Made by a program: the position numbers and the translations under genes
Origin: Thiothrix sp.
GTDB taxonomy: Bacteria > Pseudomonadota > Gammaproteobacteria > Thiotrichales > Thiotrichaceae
Assembly (NCBI GenBank): GCA_011375245.1
Contig: DRMA01000008.1
Span: 1 to 41,566, forward strand
Reading direction: 5' to 3'
DNA length: 41,566 nucleotides
The notes under the pieces: model-generated
Seen by the model: only the letters and a program-made list of their open reading frames with translations
Databases searched by the model: none
What the model was told of the DNA's origin: nothing
Shown here: positions 16,002 through 27,227 of the stretch, piece after piece
Numbering within the stretch: position 1 is the first letter of the stretch
How the letters are laid out: the number at the start of each line of letters is the position of its first letter

Positions 16002-18284
16002 ATGGTAACAACACATAATCTTGGTTTTCCACGGATTGGTAAAAAACGCGAATTAAAATTCTCAGTAGAAAACTACTGGAGACGAGAAATAACACAAGAT
16101 GCGCTGTTAGACATTGCAGGTCATTTACGTCAACAGCATTGGCAACAACAAGCAATGCTTGATCTTATTCCTGTGGGCGATTTTTCATTTTATGATCAGG
16201 TGCTTGATACTAGCTTTATGGTGGGAAATATCCCTGAGCGTTTGCATAATATTGATGACAATGAAAATGAATTAGATAACTATTTTCGGGTTGCAAGAGG
16301 ACGGGCATTTGCCACAGAAGCGGAATGTTCATGCATTCAAGCAGGAGAAATGACTAAATGGTTTGATACTAATTATCATTATATTGTGCCTGAATTTGAT
16401 AAAAACACAGCATTTTCACTCAATTCACAGCGATTACTAGACCAAGTCGCAGAAGCAAAACAACAAGGAGTTTCTGTAAAACCAGTTATTATTGGCCCTG
16501 TTACTTATTTATGGCTAGGGAAGGCAAAAGATGACACCGATAAGCTAGCATTATTGGATGATCTTATTCTTGTATATGCACAGCTATTCCGCGAACTAGA
16601 GGCAACAGGGGTTGAATGGGTACAAATCGACGAGCCTATTTTAGTGTTAGAACTTCCACAAGCGTGGCAACATGCGTTGAATAAAGCCTATTATGATTTA
16701 CAACGTACGCCACTTAAGTTATTACTCGCAACGTATTTTGGGCAATTACAAGAAAATCTCAAATTAGCGTGTGACTTGCCTGTTGATGGTTTGCATATTG
16801 ATACCATTAACGCACAAGAGGAAGTGGCAAAAATCATTGATTGGTTACCACAATATAAGATCATTTCCTTGGGCGTAGTCAATGGGCGCAATATTTGGAA
16901 AACAGATTTAACGGCAACATTAGCATGGCTAAAACCGTTACATGAACGTCTGCAAGAACGCTTATGGCTTGCCCCTTCGTGTTCATTACTCCATGTCCCC
17001 GTTGATTTGGCGAATGAACAAAAGCTGGACAGTGACATACGTTCATGGTTAGCCTTTGCCTTACAAAAACTCGATGAGATTAATATACTAGCACGCGCAC
17101 TTAATGAAGGTGAGGCAGTGGTTGCTAATGCATTAGAAGAAAACGCGACAGCAATCAAGAGTAGAAAAGCATCTATGCGAGTACATGATCATGTCGTAAA
17201 AGAGCGCCAAGCAGCCATCACTGATGCAATGGGAAATCGTCAGTCTGCTTTTGCACAGCGTGAAAAAATACAAAAAGCAATTTTCAATTTACCACTGTAT
17301 CCAACGACTACTATTGGTTCTTTCCCGCAAACGAGTGAAATTCGCCAAGCTCGACGTGATTTCAAAGCAGGAGAACTGAGTGCAGATGCCTATCAGCTTG
17401 CAATGCAAGCCGAAATTAAACGCTGCGTACATGAACAAGAAAGTTTAGACCTCGATGTTTTTGTTCATGGTGAGCCTGAACGAAATGATATGGTAGAATA
17501 TTTTGGTGAACAATTAACAGGTTACGCCTTTAGCCAATTTGGTTGGGTACAATCTTATGGTTCGCGCTGTGTCAAGCCACCGATTCTTTATGGTGATATT
17601 TCACGACCCCATGCGATGACCGTTGAGTGGATTAACTATGCACAATCACTCACTGATAAGCCAATGAAAGGTATGTTGACAGGGCCTGTCACTATTTTGA
17701 ACTGGTCTTTTGTGCGTGATGATCAACCACGAGCAGAAACTTGCTTACAACTCGCTTTAGCCATTCGTGATGAAGTGCTTGATCTTGAAAAAGCAGGAAT
17801 CCGCATTATCCAAATTGATGAAGCTGCCTTACGTGAAGGCTTGCCATTAAGAAAAGCACAATGGAAAACCTATCTTGATTGGGCTGTGAAAGCCTTTCGT
17901 ATTACTGCCAATGGTGTTGCTGATGAAACGCAAATTCACACTCATATGTGTTATTCCGAATTTAATGACATTATTGCCGCAATTGCAGCGATGGATGCAG
18001 ATGTGATTACCATTGAAACATCACGTTCAGATATGGAGTTGCTGGATGTATTTGATGAATTCCACTATCCAAACGGGATTGGACCAGGTGTTTATGATAT
18101 CCACTCACCCAATATTCCATCCGTCGATTCAATGGTGACACTGATGAAACAAGCTAGCCAACGTATACCTGCGGAGCGTTTGTGGGTGAATCCTGATTGT
18201 GGCTTAAAAACACGCCAATGGGATGAAGTTAAACCTGCGTTGGTTAATATGGTTCGGGCAAGTCAGCAATTAAACGCGCTCTAG
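16002..18284 (+). CDS. metE: Cobalamin-independent methionine synthase MetE
   Basis: 760-aa ORF. The N-terminus reads [16 protein letters not shown], and the C-terminal zinc-site region contains HTHMCYSEF and NPDCGLKTR. Confidence 0.95.
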   Translation: MVTTHNLGFPRIGKKRELKFSVENYWRREITQDALLDIAGHLRQQHWQQQAMLDLIPVGDFSFYDQVLDTSFMVGNIPERLHNIDDNENELDNYFRVARGRAFATEAECSCIQAGEMTKWFDTNYHYIVPEFDKNTAFSLNSQRLLDQVAEAKQQGVSVKPVIIGPVTYLWLGKAKDDTDKLALLDDLILVYAQLFRELEATGVEWVQIDEPILVLELPQAWQHALNKAYYDLQRTPLKLLLATYFGQLQENLKLACDLPVDGLHIDTINAQEEVAKIIDWLPQYKIISLGVVNGRNIWKTDLTATLAWLKPLHERLQERLWLAPSCSLLHVPVDLANEQKLDSDIRSWLAFALQKLDEINILARALNEGEAVVANALEENATAIKSRKASMRVHDHVVKERQAAITDAMGNRQSAFAQREKIQKAIFNLPLYPTTTIGSFPQTSEIRQARRDFKAGELSADAYQLAMQAEIKRCVHEQESLDLDVFVHGEPERNDMVEYFGEQLTGYAFSQFGWVQSYGSRCVKPPILYGDISRPHAMTVEWINYAQSLTDKPMKGMLTGPVTILNWSFVRDDQPRAETCLQLALAIRDEVLDLEKAGIRIIQIDEAALREGLPLRKAQWKTYLDWAVKAFRITANGVADETQIHTHMCYSEFNDIIAAIAAMDADVITIETSRSDMELLDVFDEFHYPNGIGPGVYDIHSPNIPSVDSMVTLMKQASQRIPAERLWVNPDCGLKTRQWDEVKPALVNMVRASQQLNAL

Positions 18285-18312
18285 TTTGTCTTAGCGGAAA
18301 GTTCCTGTGGTC

Positions 18313-19458
18313 TTATTGAATAGCCACAGGATAAGAACCTAAAATCCTTAATAAATCAGCCTGTTGCTCAAGCTCTGCTAACGCAGCTTGTACATTACTA
18401 TCTTGTGCATGTCCATCAATATCAAGGAAAAAAACATACTCCCAATTTGTACTTTGTGAAGGACGTGATTCAATACGACTCATATCCAAACCATATTTTG
18501 CTAATGGCTTTAATAATGCAAATAAAGCCCCTGATTGGTTTTTGGCAGAAATAAGCAATGATGTTTTATCATAGCCACTGGGTAAATTATCGTGCTTAGC
18601 AATCACAATAAAACGTGTTGTATTATTAGCAAGATCTTCGATACGCTGTTGAATAACAGGCACTTGGTATATCTCTGCTGCTTCAATGCTAGAAATAGCG
18701 GCACAGTTTGCATCATTACTCGCCATTTTTGCCGCTTCAGCATTGCTTGCAACAGCGGTTAATAGCGCATTAGGAAGATTGCTTTTTAACCAGTTCTGGC
18801 ACTGTGTCAACGATTGTTGATGGGAGTAAACTTGTGTTACTGATTGCCAATCACGACTTAAAGAAAGTAAGTTTTGATGGATCGGCAATTGGATTTCACC
18901 ACAGATATACAGCGGAGATTTGATGAACCTATCCAGCGTATGCGAAACAATACCGCCTGTTGAGTTCTCAATTGGCACAACACCATAATGTGCACGCCCC
19001 ACTTCAACTTCTTGAAATACATTAGAAATAGATTCTTGTGGTAGGGTCTCAACCCAATCACCAAAATGCTTATGTGTTGCTTTTTGCGTAAAAGTACCTG
19101 CTGGACCAAGATAGGCGATTTTTAAGCATTCTTCCAATGCTAAACAAGACGAAATAATATCGCGGTATATTTTTGTCACTTGTTCGTCACGTAAAGGACC
19201 TTTATTCTCTTCCACCATACGATGCAGTATTTGTGCTTCGCGTTCAGGGCGATAAAAGCAGACTTCTTGCTTTTCTGTCTTACCTTCCTTATTAGCAAGA
19301 TCAGCAAGCTCCTTATCAAGCTCTGCTTTTTTAGCAATAGCCACTTCTTCAGCACATTGAGCGCGTGCATTGAGCAACGTTAATACTTCAGAGTCAATTG
19401 CATCAATGCGGTGTCGAAGTTGTAAAAGTGTATTATTAGCAGCCATTAGTTCTCTCAT
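18313..19458 (-). CDS. pheA: Bifunctional chorismate mutase / prephenate dehydratase (P-protein)
   Basis: 381-aa ORF. It has an N-terminal chorismate mutase helix region (FYRPEREAQIL), a prephenate dehydratase domain (IAYLGPAGTFT...ENSTGG...TRF) and a C-terminal ACT domain (ESRPS). Confidence 0.9.
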   Translation of the reverse strand: MRELMAANNTLLQLRHRIDAIDSEVLTLLNARAQCAEEVAIAKKAELDKELADLANKEGKTEKQEVCFYRPEREAQILHRMVEENKGPLRDEQVTKIYRDIISSCLALEECLKIAYLGPAGTFTQKATHKHFGDWVETLPQESISNVFQEVEVGRAHYGVVPIENSTGGIVSHTLDRFIKSPLYICGEIQLPIHQNLLSLSRDWQSVTQVYSHQQSLTQCQNWLKSNLPNALLTAVASNAEAAKMASNDANCAAISSIEAAEIYQVPVIQQRIEDLANNTTRFIVIAKHDNLPSGYDKTSLLISAKNQSGALFALLKPLAKYGLDMSRIESRPSQSTNWEYVFFLDIDGHAQDSNVQAALAELEQQADLLRILGSYPVAIQ

Positions 19459-19640
19459 TTTTCATCATTATATAGTCCGATGCACTGATTACTCTTTTCT
19501 ACGCGCTTTGTCAAATTTATAGCTTTTCATTGACTTAATAATCTATTTAATGAATACTATCGCGCCTTTGGAGGTCTTGACCTTCTCTCCTTGCCTCACC
19601 CTATTTGTGGGAGGCTACTTTAAATCCACAAGGAGTTATA

Positions 19641-20000
19641 ATGAGACACTACGAAGTAGTATTTCTTGTACACCCTGATCAGAGCGAGCAGGTGCCTGCA
19701 ATGATCGACCGTTATAAAAAATTAATTGATGAAGACAAAGGTAGTGTTCATCGCCTTGAAGATTGGGGTCGTCGTCAATTAGCATATCCTATTGTTAAGT
19801 TACATAAAGCGCATTATGTGTTAATGAATATCGAATGTAGCAGTGATGCTTTATCAAAACTAGAAGACTTGTTCCGTTTTAATGATGCTATTTTGCGTAA
19901 TCTAATTATTAAGAAAGATAAAGCGCTGACTAGCTCTTCTTTGCTCAGTAAAGAAAATGTTGATGATAAAGCAAAATCTCATGCGCGAACACGAAATTAA
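19641..20000 (+). CDS. rpsF: 30S ribosomal protein S6
   Basis: [18 protein letters not shown] is the canonical S6 N-terminus. An AAGGAG ribosome-binding site lies 7 nt upstream. The ORF-track start at 19605 is probably too early. Confidence 0.9.
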   Translation: MRHYEVVFLVHPDQSEQVPAMIDRYKKLIDEDKGSVHRLEDWGRRQLAYPIVKLHKAHYVLMNIECSSDALSKLEDLFRFNDAILRNLIIKKDKALTSSSLLSKENVDDKAKSHARTRN

Positions 20001-20022
20001 CTAGTTACTAGGAGACACTATA

Positions 20023-20250
20023 ATGGCACGTTATTTTAGACGACAAAAATATTGCCGCTTTACTGCTGAAGGTATTACGGATATTGATTATAAAGATCTT
20101 GATCTTTTGAAAGGTTATATTTCCGAAACAGGAAAAATTGTTCCAAGCCGTATCACTGGCACAAAAGCGAAATACCAACGTCAATTAGCAACAGCAATTA
20201 AACGTGCACGCTTTCTTGCCTTGGTTCCTTATACGGATCAGCATAAGTAA
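20023..20250 (+). CDS. rpsR: 30S ribosomal protein S18
   Basis: 75-aa ORF with the sequence [17 protein letters not shown]...[25 protein letters not shown]. Confidence 0.95.
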   Translation: MARYFRRQKYCRFTAEGITDIDYKDLDLLKGYISETGKIVPSRITGTKAKYQRQLATAIKRARFLALVPYTDQHK

Positions 20251-20270
20251 ACGCAGTCAGGAGAATCAGC

Positions 20271-21149
20271 ATGGCCCGCTTTATTATGGCTGGTCGGTTT
20301 CAAGCGATAGGTTTTGTGATTGTTTTTGCATTATTACCGCTATTGGGGCTTTTTTCCAATGCGGCGATTGCGTTGGTAGCACTGCGAAAAGGCTGGCAGG
20401 AAGGCTTATTGTTAGCCCTGATAGGTAGTATAGCTGTTGCCATTTTTACCTATATTGAACAACATAACTTTACCTTTGGTTTTTTGCTGGCATGTATTCA
20501 ATGGATGCCTATTATATTATTCGCATGGATACTTAGTCAGACAATCTCTTGGGAAACGACGTTACAGGCACTGTTAGGCTTGTCGGTAGTGGTGGTTGTT
20601 GTACTACATATCATCATTCCTGACCCAAGTGTATTCTGGCTGGAGTTGTTGAGCAGTACCATGAATAACGCAGAGGTATCGGCTGAAAATAAAGAAAGCC
20701 TTAAGGTATTAGAACAAGGTTTTGCTGAAATTACCCCACTACTTGCTGGCATTGTTGTTGCTTTGAGCAGCTTGATGATTGCCGTCGCTCTGTTGATGGC
20801 ACGTAACTGGCAAGCACAACTCTACAATCCTGGTGGTTTTGGTGAAGAGTTTCGCGAATTGCGTATTGGTAAGCCTGCGGCATTGATCAGTCTTCTCTTG
20901 GTTGTCATTGCTTTTGTAACAAAAACCCATATTGTGCTGGAATTACTCATATGTAGTGTAGCCATTTTTTTATTTCAAGGCATTGCACTCATACATGCAT
21001 TGGTTAAGTTACATAATATGCATCAGCTTTGGCTCGTCGCTATGTATCTATTACTGGTTTTGTTGAACACTCAAATGGCAATTATGCTCGCGGCAGTAGG
21101 AATAATTGATAGTTTTGCTGATTTTAGACAGCGATTCATCAAACAATAA
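20271..21149 (+). CDS. Polytopic membrane protein, DUF2232 (YybS-like)
   Basis: 292-aa ORF with about 7-8 hydrophobic helices, inserted between rpsR and rplI. The family assignment comes from my recollection of this conserved neighbourhood and was not searched. Confidence 0.75.
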   Translation: MARFIMAGRFQAIGFVIVFALLPLLGLFSNAAIALVALRKGWQEGLLLALIGSIAVAIFTYIEQHNFTFGFLLACIQWMPIILFAWILSQTISWETTLQALLGLSVVVVVVLHIIIPDPSVFWLELLSSTMNNAEVSAENKESLKVLEQGFAEITPLLAGIVVALSSLMIAVALLMARNWQAQLYNPGGFGEEFRELRIGKPAALISLLLVVIAFVTKTHIVLELLICSVAIFLFQGIALIHALVKLHNMHQLWLVAMYLLLVLLNTQMAIMLAAVGIIDSFADFRQRFIKQ

Positions 21150-21173
21150 ATATTAAAGATTAAGGTGAAAACG

Positions 21174-21719
21174 ATGGAAGTTATACTTCTTGAAGGAATT
21201 GACAATTTAGGACGCTTAGGTGATGTAGTCAGCGTACGCTCTGGTTATGCGCGTAATTTTTTAGTCCCACAGAAAAAAGCATCAATAGCAACAAAGGCTA
21301 ATCTTGCTGACTTTGAAGAAAAACGCGCTGAGCTTGAAGCTGCTGCTGCTAAGGTAAAAAGCGAAGCTGAAGCACGTCGTGATAGCATTGCAGCAGCACC
21401 AGCGGTTCATATTCAGGCAAATGCAGGGATAGAAGGCAAACTCTTTGGTTCCGTATCTGCCATTGCTATTGCAAAAGCATTCACCACTTTAGGTGTTCCG
21501 CTTGAAACCAATGAAATTCGTATGCCAGAAGGTCCTTTGCATTATATCGGTGAGCATATTATTGATATTCATTTATATGCTGATGTTGATACCACAGTAA
21601 CTGTTATTGTTGAAGCAGATGCTGAATCAGCAGCGCAAGCCTCTTTCTTAAAGAAAGATGAAGAAGAAGAGAATACTGATGGAGAAAGTGAGTATGGTCG
21701 TTATGACTACGACGACTAA
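21174..21719 (+). CDS. rplI: 50S ribosomal protein L9 with an acidic C-terminal extension
   Basis: MEVILLEGIDNLGRLGDVVSVRSGYARNFLVPQKKA is the canonical L9 N-terminus. An AAGGTGA ribosome-binding site lies 5 nt upstream, and the ORF-track GTG at 21165 is less likely. The tail reads KKDEEEENTDGESEYGRYDYDD. Confidence 0.9.
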   Translation: MEVILLEGIDNLGRLGDVVSVRSGYARNFLVPQKKASIATKANLADFEEKRAELEAAAAKVKSEAEARRDSIAAAPAVHIQANAGIEGKLFGSVSAIAIAKAFTTLGVPLETNEIRMPEGPLHYIGEHIIDIHLYADVDTTVTVIVEADAESAAQASFLKKDEEEENTDGESEYGRYDYDD

Positions 21720-21774
21720 TTGACGTTTTTTGAAAGCTATAATTTTCTAGCTTTCTAGCTTTTTAGCTTTTCTA

Positions 21775-21798
21775 GTTACGAGGCTCCAGCCTCGTAAC
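21775..21798. terminator. Stem-loop between the convergent rplI and argF genes, a probable bidirectional terminator
   Basis: Perfect 10-bp stem gttacgaggc/gcctcgtaac with loop tcca. It is preceded by short tandem tagcttt(t)c repeats. Neither side has a clean U tract. Confidence 0.5.
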
Positions 21799-21804
21799 TC
21801 AGTC

Positions 21805-22710
21805 CTAAACAACTAAAAATTCAATCAATGCTTTTTGAGCATGTAAACGATTTTCTGCTTCTTGCCAAACTACACTTTGTTTACCTTCAAGTACCGTTTC
21901 GCTGACCTCTTCGCCACGATGCGCAGGCAAGCAATGCATAAACACAGCATCCTTGTTACCCAATGCCATGAGTTCATCATTGACTTGAAAATCAGCAAAG
22001 GCTATTTCTCGCTTCTGTTGCTCTTCTTCTTGCCCCATACTTGCCCAGACATCCGTAACAACAAGATCCGAATTCAATACAGCTTCTTTTGCATTATGGG
22101 TAAGCGTTATATACTCTGCACGTTGCTCCATTAACACTGCATTTGGCTCATATCCTTTTGGGCAAGCAATATTCAAATGAAAGCTAAATTGCTGAGCCGC
22201 ATTCATCCACGAATGGCACATATTATTACCATCACCGACCCAAGCAACTGTTTTTCCTTCAATACTGCCATGAAGCTCTACATAAGTCATCACATCAGCA
22301 AGTAGCTGACAAGGATGATAGTCGTCAGTTAGTGCATTAATCACTGGAACCTGTGAATATTGAGCAAATTCCTCAACCGTTTCATGGGCAAAAGTGCGGA
22401 TCATAATGATATCAGTCATACTCGAAATAACCCGAGAAGCGTCTTTAATGGGTTCTCCACGTCCAAGCTGCGTATCTTGTGGTGACAAAAAAAGTGCATG
22501 TCCACCTAGTTGCATCATTCCTGTCTCAAACGACACGCGTGTTCGTGTAGAAGCTTTATCAAAAATCATCGCCAACGTACGCTGTTGCAATGGCGTGTAG
22601 GAGATATTTTTTTTCCAATCTTGTTTAAGCGTAATAGCACGCTGAATCAATGTATTTAGTTCAGATTTCGATAAATCCATTAAGGTTAAAAAGTGTCTTA
22701 CGGTCGTCAT
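21805..22710 (-). CDS. argF: Ornithine carbamoyltransferase
   Basis: 301-aa ORF with motifs [17 protein letters not shown] and [11 protein letters not shown]. Confidence 0.9.
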   Translation of the reverse strand: MTTVRHFLTLMDLSKSELNTLIQRAITLKQDWKKNISYTPLQQRTLAMIFDKASTRTRVSFETGMMQLGGHALFLSPQDTQLGRGEPIKDASRVISSMTDIIMIRTFAHETVEEFAQYSQVPVINALTDDYHPCQLLADVMTYVELHGSIEGKTVAWVGDGNNMCHSWMNAAQQFSFHLNIACPKGYEPNAVLMEQRAEYITLTHNAKEAVLNSDLVVTDVWASMGQEEEQQKREIAFADFQVNDELMALGNKDAVFMHCLPAHRGEEVSETVLEGKQSVVWQEAENRLHAQKALIEFLVV

Positions 22711-23156
22711 AATAATTTTTCTGGTTTTTTATTTTTTCGGTAAAATCAACAACTAGTCTGCTTTATTATTTTTATTTCTTTTATAAGGTTAAAACCACCG
22801 TCTTTCAGACGGTCAGCTTTAGCGATGAAATTAAGTGGTTGTTTTTACGCTAGATAAAAGTAATCTAACCCAGAACAACCCAACTGGTTGATTCCCTTCG
22901 CCAATGTTGTTAATGCTTTTTTGTCTTAGTACACTGACCTGTTGGGGTCTTTTAATACTAAAAAATAGAGCCTTCGACTAAGGAGGTATCCAAGGGTATT
23001 ATGACAAAAACAACGTAGCTCTCAAGGAGCTTAGGCTAATCACCTATTATGTTCTTAAAGAACACTATCTTAAGTTTCACAACCCAAGCCACCCACTTCA
23101 GTGGGTGGTAGTTGACAATCTTAACGCCAACACTTGCTCTTGACTCATTTTTTTCA

Positions 23157-24320
23157 TCATATTGTATCGACTAATTCAATAACAGTTGCAATTATCTGAT
23201 CAGCTTGTTGTTGATCAATCACAAGCGGTGGTAATAAACGAATCACCTTGCCAGCCGTTACATTAATCAGTACGCCTTTTTCAAGCGCTTGTTTCACTAA
23301 ACCAGTACATTCTTCAGTTAACTCAATACCAATCATTAAGCCCTTACCACGAATATGCTCCACTTGTGGTTGACCTAATTGTGCTTTAAACTGTTGAAGA
23401 AGATAATTGCCTTGTTTTTGTGCCTGCTGACAAAGATCGTGTTGTTCCATAATATCAATCACGGTTAATGCTGCACGACAAGCCAGTGGATTACCACCAA
23501 ACGTAGAACCATGTGTACCAGCTGTTAAAATACCAGCGGCTTTTTCCCCAGCAATACACGCCCCAATCGGTACACCATTCCCTAATGCCTTTGCCAAGGT
23601 CATTACATCGGGCTTAATCGTCGTATGTTGGAATGCAAACCATTTCCCTGTTCTTCCCATGCCTGTTTGAATTTCATCCAGCATCATCAACCAATTATAC
23701 TGATTACATAACTCACGTATTGTAGCAAGGTAGTGTTCATCAGGTATATTAACGCCTCCCTCACCCTGAATAGGTTCAACTAATACAGCTACAACATTAG
23801 GGTGATTTTTAGCAACTGTCTTAATTGCCTCAATATCATTGTAAGGTACTTGAATAAAACCACTCACCAATGGCTCAAAACCCTCCTTGATTTTTTCATT
23901 ACCTGTTGCTGAAAGCGTTGCAAGCGTACGCCCATGAAAGCTTCCCGAGACAACAATAATTTCAGGATTAACAATGTTATTTTGACTGGCATAACGTCGA
24001 GCAAGTTTAATAGCAGCTTCATTGGCTTCTGCCCCTGAATTGCTAAAAAAAACCTCTTTTAATCCTGATAACTGACAGAGCTTTTCACCAAGACGCTGCT
24101 GTAAATCAAGCTGGTAGAGATTAGACGTATGCACCAATTTTTTGGCCTGATCATAAATAGCCTCTGCAATATCAGGGTGCGCATGTCCTACACTGCACAC
24201 CGCAATACCTGCGATGGCATCAAGGTATTGTTTTCCATTAGCATCCCAAAGATACGCACCTTCTCCGCGCTCAAAGGTAACAGGAAGCCGTGAATAGGTT
24301 GGCATAAGCGAGTCCGCCAT
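23157..24320 (-). CDS. argD: Acetylornithine aminotransferase (class III PLP)
   Basis: 387-aa ORF with SNSGAEANEAAIKLAR, DEIQTGMGRTGK and TLAKALGNG (PLP lysine region). It lies upstream of argF. Confidence 0.9.
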   Translation of the reverse strand: MADSLMPTYSRLPVTFERGEGAYLWDANGKQYLDAIAGIAVCSVGHAHPDIAEAIYDQAKKLVHTSNLYQLDLQQRLGEKLCQLSGLKEVFFSNSGAEANEAAIKLARRYASQNNIVNPEIIVVSGSFHGRTLATLSATGNEKIKEGFEPLVSGFIQVPYNDIEAIKTVAKNHPNVVAVLVEPIQGEGGVNIPDEHYLATIRELCNQYNWLMMLDEIQTGMGRTGKWFAFQHTTIKPDVMTLAKALGNGVPIGACIAGEKAAGILTAGTHGSTFGGNPLACRAALTVIDIMEQHDLCQQAQKQGNYLLQQFKAQLGQPQVEHIRGKGLMIGIELTEECTGLVKQALEKGVLINVTAGKVIRLLPPLVIDQQQADQIIATVIELVDTI

Positions 24321-24699
24321 ATTGAAATCCTTAATAAATGGATAAATGGATAAATGGAATATTAAAAAACAAACAAAAAGGGAGTTCCCATTGAGCGATT
24401 TTAAAGTTGCTATAAGTATCGTAAAAATAAGCTAGAAATAGCTTATATGGGAATTCTACACCGTACTCTGCTAGGAGGAATGGTATCATCAAATTATGTT
24501 TTCTATGATCATTCGTTACCCCTTTGAGAACGAACGATTATAAATCGAGCCGAGCATTGTATGCTAAATTGATGCCGTCATCAATCTAGCATTACAATTA
24601 ACAGAGAAACTTAATAAATAAATGCCTATAGCCATTGCTTCTTATTATTTTTTATCCAACGCCCTTTCCTTTAAGAGATATTCATGTTCTACAAATAAA

Positions 24700-26547
24700 C
24701 TAACCTGCTTCTTTTTGCGCCTCTTTTTGTGCTTTTTTTGCACGAGTGAATTTCTTACGCTCATGCTCGATAAGGTGTTTCTTACGGATGCGGATACTCA
24801 GTGGTGTCACTTCAACTAATTCATCCGAATCAATAAACTCTAATGATTGCTCTAAGGTCATTCTTATTGGTTTCGTCAAAATGAGGTTTTCATCGGTACC
24901 TGCGGCACGAATATTTGTAAGCTGCTTTGCTTTCAATGGGTTAACTACCAAATCATCATCACGGCTATTAATACCAATCACCATACCTTCATACACTTCT
25001 TCGGCATGACCAATAAACAACTTACCACGCTCTTGTAGGTTAAATAATGCATAGGCTAATGCTTTACCTGTTCCTTTGGAAATAAGTACACCTTTGCTTC
25101 TTTCACCAATTGAAGCGCCTTTATGTGGACCATAATGCTCAAAGCTATGATATAGAAGCCCCGTTCCTGACGTTGAGGTCATAAATTCAGTCTGAAAACC
25201 AATCAATCCGCGTGACGGAATTAAATATTCAAGACGTACACGACCTTTACCATCAGGCTCCATATTAATTAAATCACCTTTACGCTCACCAATTGCTTCC
25301 ATAATGCGCCCTTGATAATCAGCTTCAATATCAATGACAAGGTTCTCGTATGGTTCTTCAAGTTGCCCATCAACTTCATGTGTAATAACCTCAGGACGTG
25401 AAACCGCTAACTCATAGTTTTCGCGACGCATGTTTTCAATCAGAATACCAAGGTGTAATTCACCTCGTCCTGAAACTCGGAATTTATCAGGATCATCAAG
25501 CTGCTCTACCCGTAATGCCACATTATGCAATAATTCCTCATCTAAGCGGTCTTTAATATTACGTGAGGTAATGTATTTTCCTTCTTTACCCGCAAAAGGT
25601 GAATTATTCACTTGGAAATTCATCGTAACCGTTGGTTCATCAACAATCAGCGGTGGTAGTGCGACAACATGCTCAGGATCGCACAATGTATCGGATATAT
25701 TTAGCTTATCCATACCTGTGAAGCAAATAATATCACCTGCCTGTGCTTCAGGAACTTCGACACGCTCAAGCCCATGAAAACCGAGAACTTGCAAAACACG
25801 ACCACGACGTATTTTGCCTTCCGTATCAATCACCTGAAGTGAAGTGTTTTTAGTAATTTTTCCCTGCTTGATACGACCAATACCAATAATACCCACATAG
25901 GAGTTGTAGTCTAATGCACTGACTTGAAGTTGGAACGGGGCATCAGGATCAACATCAGGATGTGGCACATTATCAATAATATGTTGAAATAATGGTTCCA
26001 TGTCCCCTTCTCTAACATCAGAGTCTAAGCCCGCATAACCGTTTAGTGCTGATGCATAAACTACAGGGAAATCAAGCTGTTCATCTGTTGCACCGAGACG
26101 ATCAAATAAATCAAACGTTTGATCAAGTACCCAATCAGGTCGTGCACCATCACGATCCACTTTATTAATCACCACAATCGGTCTAAAGCCCATCGCAAAG
26201 GCTTTTTGGGTAACAAAGCGAGTTTGTGGCATTGGACCATCAACTGCATCAACCAGTAGCAATACACTATCAACCATGGATAAAACACGCTCCACTTCCC
26301 CCCCAAAATCGGCGTGCCCTGGCGTATCAACGATATTGATACGATAATCGTTCCATGTAATTGCAGTATTTTTTGCCAGAATGGTGATACCACGCTCCTG
26401 TTCTAGCGCATTTGAGTCCATCATTCTTTCGCCATGATTAGCACGTTCGTCCAACGTGCCTGATTGTTTTAGCAGCTCATCAACAAGGGTGGTTTTACCA
26501 TGGTCAACGTGCGCTATAATGGCTATATTTCTGAGGTTCTCGATCAC
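24700..26547 (-). CDS. typA: Translational GTPase TypA/BipA
   Basis: Motifs [17 protein letters not shown] and NKVDR are present. I chose the GTG start at 26547, which gives [14 protein letters not shown] as in E. coli BipA. The ORF track uses a TTG at 26553. Confidence 0.9.
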   Translation of the reverse strand: MIENLRNIAIIAHVDHGKTTLVDELLKQSGTLDERANHGERMMDSNALEQERGITILAKNTAITWNDYRINIVDTPGHADFGGEVERVLSMVDSVLLLVDAVDGPMPQTRFVTQKAFAMGFRPIVVINKVDRDGARPDWVLDQTFDLFDRLGATDEQLDFPVVYASALNGYAGLDSDVREGDMEPLFQHIIDNVPHPDVDPDAPFQLQVSALDYNSYVGIIGIGRIKQGKITKNTSLQVIDTEGKIRRGRVLQVLGFHGLERVEVPEAQAGDIICFTGMDKLNISDTLCDPEHVVALPPLIVDEPTVTMNFQVNNSPFAGKEGKYITSRNIKDRLDEELLHNVALRVEQLDDPDKFRVSGRGELHLGILIENMRRENYELAVSRPEVITHEVDGQLEEPYENLVIDIEADYQGRIMEAIGERKGDLINMEPDGKGRVRLEYLIPSRGLIGFQTEFMTSTSGTGLLYHSFEHYGPHKGASIGERSKGVLISKGTGKALAYALFNLQERGKLFIGHAEEVYEGMVIGINSRDDDLVVNPLKAKQLTNIRAAGTDENLILTKPIRMTLEQSLEFIDSDELVEVTPLSIRIRKKHLIEHERKKFTRAKKAQKEAQKEAG

Positions 26548-26789
26548 AATCAAATACTCGGCATTTAAAGAAAAAGCGTGAGTATACTCTGAGCATATAT
26601 ATTAGTACATTGATATATTCAAAAATGTATGTGAAATGAGACAATTATAAGACACTAGGGAAAGATACTAGAAGTAATAAGGGACCACAGAAGATGGCTA
26701 AGAATAAACAAACAAAAAAGGTGTATTAAAATGGCAACGCTAACAATAATACGACCTTTTATTTTTACCCTCATCCAAGGTTATACACC

Positions 26790-27227
26790 GTGAAAAAACC
26801 ATTAAGCAAAGCACCAAATAATGATAAACAAACCACTTTTATGACTTCACAATACGATATGCTAGGTGGTGAAAAAGGTGTTCGCCATTTAGTTAATCGT
26901 TTCTATGATTTAATGGATGAAAATAAGAATGTAGCAACACTACGTGCTATGCATGCCAAATCACTTCGTGCTTCACGCGAGAAGTTATTTTTATTTTTAT
27001 CAGGTTGGCTTGGTGGTCCTTCATTATATATTGAAAAATATGGACACCCACGCTTACGCCAGCGTCATTTACCTTTTCGCATTACTTCAAACGAACGTGA
27101 TCAATGGCTTAATTGCATGAATCAAGCATTAACAGAACAAATCACTGATCCATTATTATTACAAACACTAAAGTCGTCTTTCTTCAATGTAGCCAATCAC
27201 ATGAAAAATACGACTGATAATGAATAG
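26790..27227 (+). CDS. glbO: Group II truncated haemoglobin (trHbO/YjbI-like)
   Basis: The pattern YDMLGGEKGVRHLVNRFYDLM...FLSGWLGGPSLYIEKYGHPRLRQRHLPFRI...ERDQWL is typical of trHbO. The start may instead be the ATG at 26841 (MTSQYD). Confidence 0.8.
   Translation: MKKPLSKAPNNDKQTTFMTSQYDMLGGEKGVRHLVNRFYDLMDENKNVATLRAMHAKSLRASREKLFLFLSGWLGGPSLYIEKYGHPRLRQRHLPFRITSNERDQWLNCMNQALTEQITDPLLLQTLKSSFFNVANHMKNTTDNE

Noticed and set aside
18300-18335. Hairpin CCTGTGG...CCACAGG between metE and pheA as a shared terminator
   Set aside because: It has a 13-nt loop, lacks a U tract and overlaps the last pheA codons. It is plausible but too weak to list as a feature.
22870-22890. An 8-mer CAGTTGGG shared between the arg spacer (minus strand) and the iterons at 14413
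   Set aside because: A single 8-mer match is about what chance predicts over 2 x 41 kb, and the flanking sequence does not align.
22904-22981. Calling the 25-aa hydrophobic ORF a type I toxin gene outright
   Set aside because: It has no Shine-Dalgarno sequence before its ATG and I cannot test conservation. I keep it only as one interpretation within the arg-spacer finding.
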